DNA of 62,121 bases, filler included, from Sphacelaria rigidula (lineage: Eukaryota): assembly GCA_964200075.2 (NCBI GenBank). It is 7 parts of 7 records of this genome, joined end to end, with 100 filler letters (N's around TTAATTAATTAA, not from the genome) between each part and the next. Parts side by side here need not be neighbours in the genome. Positions count along the whole stretch, not along the records: positions 44,446 to 53,233 come from CAXNAA020010096.1; positions 53,334 to 62,121 come from CAXNAA020010097.1; 5 more parts are not named here. The stretch is one strand, 5' to 3'. Position numbers and translations under genes: made by a program. Under the pieces are notes generated by a model. It did no database searches. It worked only from the letters and a program-made list of their open reading frames with translations, and had not been told where the DNA came from. Each line of letters starts with the position of its first letter. Positions within the stretch are counted from its first letter, which is position 1. Below, piece by piece: positions 49,362-62,121 of this stretch.

Positions 49362-49627
49362 GACTCTTTCTACCATAGCCCCCCCCCAACAACCAGCTAA
49401 AAGTGTCACGAAAAAATGGCCATACAACGCCTGACGTTCGGGCTCAGGCTGCATGAAGCGCCTCGTATTGGCGACATTGGCTAGAAGGAACCCAAGCGTT
49501 GGAATTCCCAGCTTTTCGTTGTGATCGAGCTTTTCGTTGTGATCGGATTTTCCCATTTCGATGTACGTGAAGATTTTGCCTCCCAAAACCATGTAATTTT
49601 CGGGAGGGGGCTATCGTAGAAAGTGTC
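49362..49627. mobile_element. MITE family C, copy 2 (4-bp TSD ATAC)
   Basis: Same TIR and internal sequence as copy 1, flanked by atac at 49358-49361 and 49628-49631. Confidence 0.88.
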
Positions 49628-52600
49628 ATACAGCTGACTTCCGTGCCTTAGCATCGAGGCCAGTCACCGATCAGCTCGTGACAGCGAATATATGTCTCAA
49701 CTTTCTTAGGATGAAGTCAACCACACACGGGGAGTAACGCACCAGCGCCAAGGGCCGTGGAAGTCTTCCCTTGTAGACCGCCTCGGTTTCCTTCATGGTA
49801 TCGCCTTCCTGTTCTTCAGCCGGCAGGCTTTCTCTTGTCTCTGATATCGTCTTGTCCACGGATGTTATATAGTCCCCCACGAACAGCTGGGAATCTTCCA
49901 ACCCGTACGTACCGTCAATCATGTTGTGCACGCCGCTGTTTACAGAAATTGGGATCGAAAACATCAAACGTCGCACCACATTCTGTGACAGGTCGACTAG
50001 TGTGCAGTGATATTTACGTACACAGCGGCGCATGCTTACGTGGTCTCGATATAGACAGAGCGCCTTATCTCGGGCGGCGGCCGGGCTACAGATTAACGGC
50101 CTTCACTCCTCAAACCTGTCCGTCCAAGTAAGACGAGGCACCACGCTCTCGATTCTCTCCACCAGGTTGTGCGCGATGCGGGCGTTTTTTGTGATCCGAT
50201 TTCAATCTTTCGGTGTGGATGTCATCTTGTTCGCCCTCGAATGTCTGTCGTGGTACGGTCGAAAATCGAGGATGAACGTTGTTTGGGTACCGTCCTTGGG
50301 ATCTGTCATAAGCATCGCGATACATTCGAAATAAAGACACATCTGCACTCTACGCCTATGATGTGTGGCCTCGCTCATCCTCGAAAACAGCCATCTGCAA
50401 TTCGTGACCTCCGGTGTCTATACGAAACGATATCGTCCTCCAGTGATTCCGGTACAAAACACTGTTGATCCTATATTTTGTTTGCTACGATGAATGAGGT
50501 CACACATCACAGCCGGAAAATGCTTTTACTTTTTAATTTCGAAACCTTTTCGATGTTCATGAAGGTTCCCGAGGTTCATCCCCAACCAAAAAATCTATCC
50601 TCAATTTTGAAAATAGACTGCTTCGAGCGGAGGGGGGGGTATGTGTGAATACGCCCTGGATAAATTGGTCCTGACGGTCCATCAAACAGGACACATACCA
50701 CATGACACACTCTCGTCATCCTTCGGGGCGGCGAATTAATGGAAGACAACTCGAGATTATCACAACAAGCGACTGGATGTACCGGCGGTGCATACCTTAC
50801 GAGCATGTTGACGGCGATCGATTGCGCTGCGGGTTTGGCTTGTAGATCGTTGTAAGCCTTGCTCTTCAGGTACGTCAGCGAAATACATTTCGTGTCGATA
50901 CCGGGGTCCGACGTCTGGAACGCCCAGGCAATGGCTTTCATTGCTTCCGGTGTAGTTGCGAAGCAGGCCTTTCGCCAGTGCGGCATCGTCACCAGCGACA
51001 GAGAATTCAAACCCAGCTGTTTTCGGTAACGAGGGGACACCATCGGACCGTGGAGAAAAACATATAGCAGATGCGTTGAATCTGAGTCGGTCGTTTCAGC
51101 GTCCGTGGAAGTTCAAAATGATTCATATTACCGTACACAACTTCTTCCGACTGAACAGAATATCGGTACCGGCCCCCGCATCGAATCGTCGCCCCCCCGC
51201 TCCAGAGCGGCAACTTCACTGCGACCGTCGTGCGTGCTGCATTACATACGTGGTCGAGGTCTGTCGTGTTCGCTGCACACTGGATTGTTTCTCGGCGTAT
51301 GAGCGGGTGGGAGACGCAGTACACGCGTCGTCAAGCCTCCGGCAACTAGTTTACAGCAATATAAGCGGACTTTACTCGGTTCCGAGATGTAACATAAATG
51401 ACCCGCGGCGCACATATGATACAATGCGACTTTAAACTCCACCCAATGCCACTATCGTCCCCGTGTAATGCAGATCCGGTTTTGTAGTACCCCGTCTTTC
51501 ACATTCCACCCCTCACGTTCGTGAACTCCTTTGCTACTTGTTCCCCCGTGACGGTATCACTCCCCGTCCTCTCCTGGGCCCAGGTTATGATCCCAACGTA
51601 CATGTAAAGCTTGTCGTACGTGTTGCGGGGGGATAGAGTCTCGCCGACATCGTTCAAAGCTGTTCGAAGGCATGCAGGCAGCAGTAACGATTGACGCGGT
51701 TATTCTTCTCCGATGGTCCAGACTTTTTATTCGAAAACATTTCCTCTCTGACGCAGCTGATGCTGGGCAACAACAATATAAATCATCAAATTGTCTCTTT
51801 GGTCCTTCATATGTCATTCTGTATTCGCTCGGACGATCCCAAGATACTCTGCGTTTGAAGGCGGACAGAGGTATAGCATTTGCCAGACTCGTATGTTGAT
51901 CCGAGCACGGTCAGCCGGGAAACAAAACGCCCCGTGTTTTATCCAAGAGACCGTTCGTGGGCAAAAATCACCTGCGGCCACCGGAAAACGCAACGGTGTC
52001 TTTGAACCGTCTCAACGAGTGTAGCAATACAAGCGCAGGTGTCAACAATCGCGTACAAGGTTGTTCGTTCGGCCAAAATAAAAAACGGCCACCACAAAGA
52101 CGCGAAGGTGTCCTGCAATAATCTTAACGGCTGAAGCACGACATTCGACTGTGTCTGCGTTTGGGCCGTGGTCCGACGCATCTGGACCACATAAACAGTT
52201 CGTGTCAGGTTATTCTTGCCTGTCATAAGAATCGGCATGATAAAATGGCGACAGCCGAGCTGTCGATTATGGCGACAAACCGAACAATGTAAGCCCGACT
52301 GCATGTTACTTGAGAACTGTGGCGTTGGAATCTGCTTTGTTTTGTTTTTGTTTGGAATCTGAGAATTAAACGAAAGGTCTAAAAAAATGCGCCTAAATAC
52401 CTCCCGTCGATGACGATCGTCCACTGCTCCCTCCCCCCCCCGCTCCCACTTCTTCGCACAGGGCCCAGAGATAAGGATGAAGATTATGAATGGCGAAATG
52501 TTTGGACCAACCACAGCCTTGCCATGCACAAAAATGCGAGAAGGGCCCACCTTACCGGGACTCACAAAAGAAGCGAGAAACAAAACAGATTTCTGCCTTT

Positions 52601-54403
52601 TGTCGGTGAAAAACGGCTGTAAAACATTATCGCGAAACAAAGAACAAAAGTTGGGGACTTTCGGGACAACATCGCAGATTTGTCGCAAGGCTCGCAGATA
52701 TTTCCTGCAGGGACGACATTGGGTGTGTGAGACGTACAAAATCTCGCGAACAAACATATGTATGCAAAACAACAAGCAGAAGCACCCAGGCGCCGAAGCA
52801 AATATATATGTGCCGGCATGCTCGTGTCTGCGAAGTGTTATACTGTTTTTTTAGAGCCCGAAAAAGAGAAGAGGCGCATAAAAACATTTGAGGCGACGAT
52901 TTCCTCTTTTTAGGGGCTGAAAAAAAAAGAAAGGCACACCGAAAAGAAAAAAGGCGCAAAAAAACCCCGAAAATGCGCCGAAAACGATAAAAATAGAGGC
53001 GAAAAACACGAAAACAGTACCCGAAAAACACGAAGAAAAGTAGCCAAGGATCCAAAGTCTACACCTCCGGCACACGCGAACCGTCGTCTGAATCGTAGAC
53101 CCGCGGACGAGCCGTGTTAGAGGCCGAGCCTGAATTTCTGGCGCTAAACTAGTGTGCAGCCACAACCACCCCCCCCCCCCCAATGAGATCAGTCGTGACA
53201 TCCCTGGCCCGGACTGGCGGAGGACGGGGTTCTNNNNNNNNNNNNNNNNNNNNNNNNNNNNNNNNNNNNNNNNNNNNTTAATTAATTAANNNNNNNNNNN
53301 NNNNNNNNNNNNNNNNNNNNNNNNNNNNNNNNNTTTTTTTTATGAACGTAAAAGTTTTTATCCCTTAGTAAAAAAAGCGCGGGTATCGGAGTGATCGTGA
53401 TCCCTCCCCTGGGCTGTCCCCCCCCCCCCCCCCCCTCCTTAACTTCTTGTGTGTCTAGCAAAATCGCGAGGGTCACGGGATCGTGATAACGTCCCTCTTC
53501 ACCAACTAGTGAAACAGTTACGGTAGAATACACAAACAGCCCAAACAACAACAAAAAACGAAAACCGCGGTATACCACTATTATCATGTGATTGGCTGGC
53601 TATTCAAAAACTTATGAAAGACAGCAGTCGGGGTGACGACAATATTTCCTCAAGGCCGTTACCACGTCACGGATAAAGCCTACAACACACATATCAGAAC
53701 CGTATGCGGGCAATTTGTACAAGTCACCGATTCTAAGGCGTCGCGTTTCGAGAAAACCGAAACGATTGAGAAACATATGTACAGAAGGGTCTCGTGCCCT
53801 GTGCTTGACTCCGTCGTTTCGAAGAACAAAACGCGGATGATATTTTACAATGCTATCGCTATCCCCTGAATTTGCTTACTCCACACCTCCATTGTCACTT
53901 GCACGTGAACACCGACAACGTCTAGTCGCCCCTCAGGCGAAACAACCAAAATAGTCGATTTTTCTACACCCGTACTGCCATCGGGGCACCCCGACCAGGT
54001 CTCGGAGAACAAAACAAAAAACATATATCTGTATACTTTTCTCTCCCGGGTTGATTTGAAAAGAAAACGATACAGCCAGCAGGGGGAAACGACGACAGAC
54101 GATGAATGCTACGGTAGTGGTGCACTCAGAGGCTCCTAACAATTCTAGATGCACAAGAATATGGGTGAGGGCATCCCCGCTTGCAAATTCACTCTGGATA
54201 TTCCTAGCACATTGGATAAGCAATCCTGGCGTACCCTCACATATTTCATCAGTCTATTTTGGATTAGATAGAGGGCTCCGAACAATCTAACCCCGGAAAA
54301 TATTTGTGTACCCCTTCCGTAGTAGCATCGGACAAACACACTATATACACCTTGTTACCCTGCTCGAGAACTAGGACTGACGTTCGCTCCCCCGCGTCCT
54401 CCT

Positions 54404-54761
54404 CTAGTGAAGGTTCATGACGGTCTTGATCTGGTCGTACATCACCAGCACAAGGGCCGATCCCACCGTACGAAGGGCGTTGGCACCCGCGCCCTTAAAC
54501 AGCGCCCCCGCTCCCTCCTCCGCCATGATCTTCTTGAGGCAGTCACCGGGGCCCTTGTAGAGCCACTGGGCCTCCGGCTTCTCGGACTGCATCTGGAGGC
54601 GGCGGCGGATGGTGTCGAAGGGATAGGACGCGTAGCCGGAGGCGATGGCCACGGTCTGCGCGATGGCGAACTTGGAGCCCAGTCCCTTCACCCCCTTGTC
54701 GTTCTTGAAAGGGTTTTTCTCGCGGGCGGTGTCGTAGAGTCCGAAGTACACACCACGATAC
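54404..54761 (-). CDS. AAC: ADP/ATP carrier exon 3 (to stop)
   Basis: ttttgcag| acceptor, then YRGVYFGLYDTA...SYPFDTIRRRLQMQS...GALFKGAGANALRTVGSALVLVMYDQIKTVMNLH*. The three exons total 924 nt, giving 307 aa. Confidence 0.96.
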
Positions 54762-55614
54762 CTGCAAAATCGTCGCGAGTGGATTACACAGGGGGCGAGA
54801 GCGAGTTGAGAGAGAGATGGATTTGGCCGCGCTTGAAAATCGGAAAACATGTGCTGGCATTTATTTGAGACATGTGGCTTGTCCGTTATATTTTTGTTCA
54901 AACCTCCTTTGGTAGCGTCCCTAGGGTCACCGTGATTTTTTTTCTCTGCGTTGACAGAATAGATAATTCCCCCAGGTGAGCGGTGATGTGGCATGAAATG
55001 AAAACGGTGCACGGGCATGAAACATGTGCAAGACAGGCGCTTGGCGAAGGTGCAATGGGGGACACAAGTCAGGGTTAGTAGTGCCGAAGGTGCTGTAGTC
55101 AGATCGCGGTATCTCGTAGGCAATACCTCGTACCGATCGTGGAAATTCGTCGCAGCGGGCGTGTGAGACCGCGCGCCTGCTGCAACATTATTGTCCGATG
55201 GTGGCATGTAGGTACGGCGAACTTCTTCCACGATATGCATGTACCAAGAAGCTCAGCACCTCATAATTTCTACACGATGGCAGCTACACGAAAAACAAAT
55301 GCAAGTGACGCGACCGACGCCTCGCAGCTGCGGCCAAAGATATTGTTATCATCATGCTGAACAGTGTCCGCCGCATACGACTACAGTAATCAAAGTCGAC
55401 GTAGCGTAAGTCCAAGCTAGTGCGCACTGCCCGTGCTGTGTGCAACGGTGAACTTCACTCTGGGAGCGATTCGATTCTCATCCTGAAACTGCTATATATA
55501 TATATATACAGTATATATATATATATATATATCGCTTTGCACGGAGCACAGCACAGCGTGTGCACTCGTACGCAAATCTTCCTCTGCAAGGCGCGACTGA
55601 TGAGCAGGACTTAC

Positions 55615-55755
55615 GGTATGATGCCCATCACAGACACGCTGAAACCGTTGTACAGCCCCATCACACCCTTGGGGCCCTTAGCTGTGCGGCTGAGGCAGTC
55701 CCACAAGCCGTTGAAGTCACGCTTGCCGCTGCCCACATCTGATGCTAGGCGGGTG
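55615..55755 (-). CDS. AAC: ADP/ATP carrier exon 2
   Basis: tgcag| acceptor, then [47 protein letters not shown], then |gtaagt donor. 141 nt, phase 2 at both ends, joins exons 1 and 3 in frame. Confidence 0.95.
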
Positions 55756-57018
55756 CTGCATATCGACAAAACACACCAGACGAAAAAGCACACAGGTGGG
55801 TATTGAAATGTTAAAAAAGAAAAAAAACATCGATAATGTGAGCGAATGCTATGCTACCTCTTTGAACGCGAAAACCCCTTTGTCGTGACTGTGATTGCCG
55901 ATATGTTTTTTTTGTTGATTCATCAAGGAGTACAGGGGCAAACCGGGGCAGGTTTGCGCCCACTCTGCACTTGAGTGACTTCACATAAAGCGCATGTTGA
56001 AGGCGGTGTCTTGCGGAGAGTTGTCAGCCGTGCATCGACGGTTCGGTTGCAAACGTGTACACAGCTCTCGACCGCATAGGTGTGAACGATGCGAGACCCT
56101 TAACTTCTAAACAACACCGAGATACTCACAATTAGGTGCTAGTTCGGCGTATATTTGTATAGCGCCCAGTTCAAAGACGCGCTTCCTGCCCTTTGCTCGT
56201 AAGCCGGGAAATTTATCGGGAACGAGGTGGCCAAGAGAACGCGTTCATTGAAAACGCATTACCGACTCGCACTGATGCAGAAATAGTGGGCTATACTTGG
56301 AAAAAAAACACTATCGCGCCTGTTGTACAACGCTTTCAATACCCGCAAAAAAATGCATTACACTCTCTTCTCTTTCTGGCTTCAGTCAGGAAAGGGAGGA
56401 CAAGTCACATTACCCATTGGCGTATGTTGTGCATTCAACGACCGAAGTTGTGGGTTTGGTCCGGCAATACAGTGCCTCAAGGCAGGATACATAGGGTTTC
56501 ATGTTTGTATCCATGCACAAGGGCCTGCCAAACAAACATTTCGGGACACGTAGACCCCAAGATAGAAAATTCGAGCTTTTGAGGGGGGGAGGGAGGGGAT
56601 ACCCAGCCTGTTGTTCCCTAGTTTATTGCCGAGGCGGTGGCGGATGCGGTCAGCTACCGTGTACAGAGATTCTTGACGTGGAGACCGCTGAAATGGCGGA
56701 CACCCCGCCCCTCCAAGCTCATCACCTACCATGATTATATTTATGGGATCATGTTCCGTGTCATGTGCCTCGACTAACTACCACTAGTAGTCCGGGAAAA
56801 ATTGGCGAGGCGTGAGGTGATATCGCTACTTCGGCTACAGGCTGTCGCTACTGCGCGCTCGTGTATTGTACATAATGGATGTGTGTGAGCGTTGCCGGCA
56901 TCCGAGGCCATCGAGACAGGGCGGGCAAGGAGCAGAAGCGAATATACGAACCTCGCAAAGCCCGCCAGACTATTCGGTTTTTGTCAGTATTTGTTGACCA
57001 ATTTCTTTCAACAATTTT

Positions 57019-57050
<32 letters not shown>

Positions 57051-57273
57051 ATCAAGAAAAAAAAGTAAAAAATCATGACAATTTTCATTTGCCCTCCGGG
57101 AGGGGGGGGGGCTCCGTGTCCAATCATTTTCTCTCGACAGACCCTTGCCATGCATTGAGTAATGGATGGCAAATCAAAATATTTAATTGTTCGGAACTCG
57201 GGCGCTGAAACAGCACTATTTTTTTGTTTGAAGATATGGTCCGCAGATTTATGTGCAAATAAACCCGTCAGAG

Positions 57274-57491
57274 TGTTGCCGCGATAGTCCTTTTCGCTGG
57301 TTCGAGGAAACAAAATCTACTTACAAACCAAAATGACATATCCCGAGCACACCGAGCAGCTGGGAACTCCCACGCTTGGGGTCGTTGCCGCCGATGTCGC
57401 CCATATATATATATTAGGCGCTTCATGCTGCATATAGCCGTTTTCTTCGTCACAGTTGGGGCTGGGTGAGGGTTGGGGGCTATCGCGGCAT
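57274..57491 (-). mobile_element. Diverged MITE family C relative in AAC intron 1
   Basis: The reverse complement contains gcatgaagcgcct..ggcgacatcggc..cccaagcgtgggagttcccagctgctcg as in family C. Termini gccgcgatag / ctatcgcggc. Confidence 0.6.
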
Positions 57492-58844
57492 CACTCGCGT
57501 CAGTGGTTGTCCCCTGCCTCAAGCAGTATTGCGATCTCACCTTCGAATACTATCCTACTTCATCGGCTCATTATTCAGATGAAAACTGTATATTTCACCC
57601 TCGATCAGCTGTACGGTCTGAACCGGTGAGCGCTCACTGGTTCAATGGGTAAATTGTTCGCTTCCTGGACATACATGGTCATGCCCCGCATATATATACG
57701 CTTTGTTCCGGTCAACATAGCGCCACGGCTACATTATAACACACAGCTTGGTAAGAAGTACTGTGAGCTAAGTTACTTGCTCGTGTTCATAAAATCAGAG
57801 AGTTTGCCCTTCAAAACAGTGTTGCACCGGGAAATACATAACAACGCGGGCAGCTTAGTTTGCCACCACCCCCGACAAATTTGTGCAGCAGGTGCCCCAC
57901 ATGCAACATCGTACTCGTTGCGCGGACAAACACGTTGCTCGGACAAACGCGTTTGTCAATATTGATTGCTCCTCGCTTACGTACTGACGGCACAGGCGCA
58001 GGCGGGCAGGACACAACCATCAAAACAAGAAGCGCGAAATCACGTGTCGCAGAAGGAGGGGGGGGGAGTGCGGGGGTGCGGGAAAATGAATGCGGTGGTC
58101 TGACGTCGAAATAACGAGGAGAGGCGATTGACAGACCGCGCACTCAATTTTTGAGGACCCCTTGAGGGGACGCAGGCCACTATCCTCGCAATCAATACAC
58201 TACAGGGCTTGTGATACTTCGCAACAGAGACAGTTGTCAGTGCGCGATACCATGCGCAGAGAATCTAAATGGCGTTCGAGATATTGAAACAGCCTTGCAT
58301 CACGTCTCCTGCATTAGACGCAGTATGTAACATTCGACGGGATAATGGCCACACCACCTGTGGAGCCGTCAACCCCCCCATGTACAACATGGAAGATAAC
58401 GGAACCATCATTTGACCATCTGGCCCTTCAATCGCAAAATAAAAACCAGCACATACTCAAAGGAAACGCTGCACACACACGCCTTGTACGTGCAACTCGA
58501 GAAATCGTGCGCCGGTTGATGATGAGCAAGCGCGGTGCAAAAGGCTTTCAAAATACTGTAGTACACACAGACAGATGGATCTACACAAAGCTTGGCATGG
58601 CAGCAACATGCGGAATGGCGAGCACAACACGCGCATTTTGTGCTCAGTAGAACAAACCGCTCAAGGTGCACGGGCGGTGCGATTCATCGAGGTCTCTAAA
58701 CGTTCCTACTCAAAATAGAAGGACAAAGCGCGAAAACCTTGTAATCAAACATTCACAAGCACCATCATCACCACTAGCGCCACCACCGCCGCCACCACCA
58801 CCACCATCATCACCATCATCATCATCACCATCACGACAAAAACC

Positions 58845-58875
<31 letters not shown>

Positions 58876-58913
58876 GAACAATGACAGCGATAGCAGCAGC
58901 AGTAGCGACATAC

Positions 58914-59338
58914 CGGGCATAGTCCAGGGGGTACACGAAGCAAAGCGAACCAGCGCCCGCGAGTCCGCCGGAGGCCATGTTGATCGCGAAAAATTTGGCG
59001 AACTCTGTCTTGGGGTTCGCCTTCGGAAACAGGGCCTTGATGCCATCCTTGAACGCAAAGTTGAACGCCTGAGTGGGGAAGTACCGGATGATGTTGGTCA
59101 TGTTGCCGCGCCAGAACGCCTTCATGCCTTGCTCCTGATACACGCGCGTGAAGCAGTTACCGATGCCGGTGTACCGAGGAATCTCCCCAGACTTGATGCG
59201 GGGGTTGGCATCTTGGGTTTGAATGATCAGCTTCACGCGCTCGATTGGCGCGGTACATGTTTTCGCGATAGCCCCAGAGACACCCCCCAGGGCAAAATCG
59301 ACGATAAAGTTGGATTTCGAAGCCTCATCACCACCCAT
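58914..59338 (-). CDS. AAC: Mitochondrial ADP/ATP carrier (adenine nucleotide translocator), exon 1
   Basis: Translates [43 protein letters not shown]...[24 protein letters not shown]...[20 protein letters not shown], with carrier motifs PIERVK and PLDYAR. GT donor (CG|gtatgt) at 58913, phase 2. Confidence 0.97.
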
Positions 59339-61914
59339 GGTTCCTGGTTTTATCTTTACAGGAAATAACGAGTAAACTTTATGATGATGCGGTGGGGTGA
59401 TGTTGTTGTAGTCTAGCAGTAGTGCAGTGATGCTACAAGCAGCTAGGGTGGTGGACGGTAAGTATGTGTGCCGATTCGCAACAGCTGTTGGATACGGTCA
59501 AAGGATATGCGATAGAACTATGACACAACCTTTCGTCATCATCCATTACTCATCGATCCCGAAAATGACAAAAATGCGAGGCATTTTCATCAGCTAGCAG
59601 TTGCCCAGGAATACCTTTCTCACAAGAACAGCAGCATAGGCGAACGTAAGACGCAGAAGACCAGAGATTGCCATTGCCAACAAATGTTACTTTCCATTAC
59701 ACATCTTGCACGCCGGCAGTGCACACATATGGCTCCACAGTATCATTGTAGTGTGCGCTCCTCTATGGTGCGATGCCAGCGGCGTGGCGCAGCTGCGGAC
59801 ACAGATAGTTTTCATCGTCCGGCGGCAGACAACTGAACAACCGGCGAGAAGTCGAGGCAACCAATGGATTCATATTGCCTGGAATATCACGGACTGCAAA
59901 ACAGCACACTACGTTCCACGTCCTGTTACCCGCACAGTTTACACGGGTTGACGCGAGGTAACACGTTTCTTCTCATCATAGCTGTTGCCAGCTCAGCCTC
60001 GACATGGACTGCTTGTTTTCTCGTGTCATTCTTGACCCGCCACCCTTGCGGCACTCCACTCCTGAATCATTACATCTCACTTCATGTTTTGGAGTACCCA
60101 CCACCCCTGCTACAGGCACAAGCAGTGCAGTATGGCCATCCGCCCCGTAACATAGTCGGCATTGGGTATGCGCGCGTTAACTTTTTTTGCATTCAAGAAC
60201 GTGTCAAATCAGACGTGAGATTGAAAATGCAATCTAGTGGTATTTCTGGGGGCTGAGAGTTAGTTGCCCACGGAGTGCCTCGAACCGGCTGTCCCCTTGC
60301 GTTTAACAATATGTTCACGTCTCACATAAGTGCAGCCTTGCTGGAACGCATATTCCAGAGAGGAGTATTCAAAATATTTCACACCCTGAAGAGATTGCGT
60401 TGTCGAGAGTGTATCGCGTACAGTATAGAATCTTTCGTCTATATATATATATTGGAATAGGCGCAATACTCGATACTGTGAGCAGTACACTTTTTTTGAA
60501 CGTGTAACCAACTGTCTAGAGAGTGAAATATTTCCCCTCCTGGGCAACAAGCGATATACAGTAGTGGGCTGTCTAATTATTCAGGGGTGTTTTGGGGTTT
60601 TCCTCGCGTACTACTCTTCGATATAACTCGAAATTGCTAGCGTCGGTAGATTTAGGTACAATGACCAGATCATCCTCGGAACACCGTGCCTGAGTCAAAG
60701 TTGATGTTATTGGGCGATACCAGTGAATACCCCGTTTATCATGAGGGTGTTATTGACAGTGAAACACAGTTTTTCGGCTCTAGTGCAATGAGTAGTTAGA
60801 ATTTCAAATAAATAAAAACGGTACATTTCTTCACAAATATGATTGGGATAGGCTCGATCGACCGATACTACCGAAGAATGAGAATCTGGGCTGGAAAGTG
60901 GCAGGACCCCCGATGACCGGTCAGCCCGCGTAAGTCATTCAATATTGAGTACAGATGATTTTTCTTCTTGGGATATGGGGTGGATACAAGTATCTTCAGA
61001 TCCCCAATGTGATAATCGGTAGCAAGCGAAAAGAGCCCAAGAAAATCGCGAACAACGAAAAAGTCACAAAATACCACAAAATAAATAGTTAGACCACCCA
61101 TTACTGTATATGATATCACTTTTGAGACGCTCACCAGTCGATGCACCCTCAGATAGGTGAGCACTCCAGCTGCGAATGCGATACGTATTCAACAGACAAG
61201 TGGAACAACAACATTCGGACTTCCTTTCTATCCCCCCACCTCATTCCCTTCCCTGTATTGGGATAAATGGTACACTGATCGATTCCAATGCTACCGTCAT
61301 CGTATCGAGTCGGCTCATGAGCATGAACTTTGCCGTGACTACTTAAAAAAGAAAAAACATAGTAGGTTGTTTAGCCTCATCCCTGCAACGCTATATACTA
61401 TTTCGCATCCACATTCTGCACTGTCACCACAAAACAAAGGTATCTGACACTGTGATAGCGGACCAATATCAAGCCTACAAATACGGGATATTGAAAATTA
61501 GAAGAACGGGATAAAAGCTTCGCGACGGAGACATGGACAAAACAAAACATGAGTACAAATAACGAGGATATGATGAGCACGAGAACCGATGCCGATGTAA
61601 GAACACAGTAACAATAAACAAGAATATCGTCGGTACCTGCTGCATGACTTCAGAAAGAAAAAGAAAAGAGAGTATAAACAGAAAACAGCACAAGCCCGAG
61701 GCAAATCAGAACTAATCTTATACACGTACGGACACCCATCCACACACAAAAGGGAGGCAATGAGGCCATGAAAACAGGTTGCAGCTCAGCTGCTTCGGGA
61801 ACCCACCATTGGGCATGAATACTCACCCACGAGCGTACAGGAGCAAGCACACAAACATCGTACTGCGTCGAAATGAAACTTCAGGACAAGAGAAGAGAAA
61901 TTTGCGGAAACACG

Positions 61915-62121
61915 AAGAGGGGGGGAAGGGGGGGCTTACTCATTCGTTGCTTGCCCTAGTCGTTTGACCATTGACCATGCATCCCTTTCGAGACGGAGCT
62001 AGAGGTGAGGGGGTGTACTCATCATCATGCCTGCCTTAGTCACAAAGACCATTGACCTCGTATCCCTACAAAGCCGGGATGGAGCACGCCGGGTTTTCGC
62101 CGGACCAGGCTCGCACTCAAT
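61915..62121 (-). repeat. LINE 3'-end fragment plus associated repeat
   Basis: Reverse complement of the motifs at 26378-26515. Confidence 0.7.

Larger units (their letters stand above)
45360..51700 (-). pseudogene. Unassigned, apparently decayed multi-exon gene
   Basis: A series of protein-like minus-strand segments, several ending in GT donors: LNDVGETLSPRNTYDKLYMYVGIITW...KEFTN|gt, WRKACFATTPEAMKAIAWAFQ, GDAVHGVGLESTQLLEIALEGG...SSGFFK|gt, EKDPVFIEYSSKHGGSRKREEKFYFYPY. Interrupted by MITEs and a LINE fragment. Confidence 0.45.

Noticed and set aside
51939-53201. 278-aa and F-rich ORFs
   Set aside because: Low-complexity A/T-tract sequence with no coding-like composition.
54762-55240. N-terminal part of the 278-aa ORF 54404-55240
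   Set aside because: Intron 2 read-through. Carrier homology starts at the AG acceptor at 54762.
58745-58913. Poly-A/V/M tail of the 197-aa ORF
   Set aside because: Translation of intronic CAG/CAT/CAC microsatellites after the GT donor.

Overview
Eukaryotic, repeat-rich DNA with long introns. It is most consistent with a brown alga (Phaeophyceae, Ectocarpus-like); this is inferred from the repeat families and the ADP/ATP carrier sequence. The window is not one locus. It is seven near-equal pieces (1-8789, 8890-17678, 17779-26567, 26668-35456, 35557-44345, 44446-53233, 53334-62121; 8789 bp x5, 8788 bp x2) joined by identical 100-nt N-TTAATTAATTAA-N spacers, so adjacency across spacers carries no meaning. 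The only clearly intact host gene is a 3-exon mitochondrial ADP/ATP carrier (minus strand, 54404-59338, 307 aa). Other content: exon 1 of an MGCC-type lipid-anchored protein, a decayed RTE-type LINE, several LINE 3' ends, tRNA-derived SINEs, at least three MITE families, and long hairpins. The most interesting items are on contig 5: a frameshifted multi-exon gene ending in a SET-like domain, and beside it a Ty3/Gypsy-like gag with a CCCH finger separated from its protease by a single in-frame TGA. Two more decayed multi-exon genes are present, one Myb/SANT-like and one unassigned. All similarity calls were made by eye; no searches were run.
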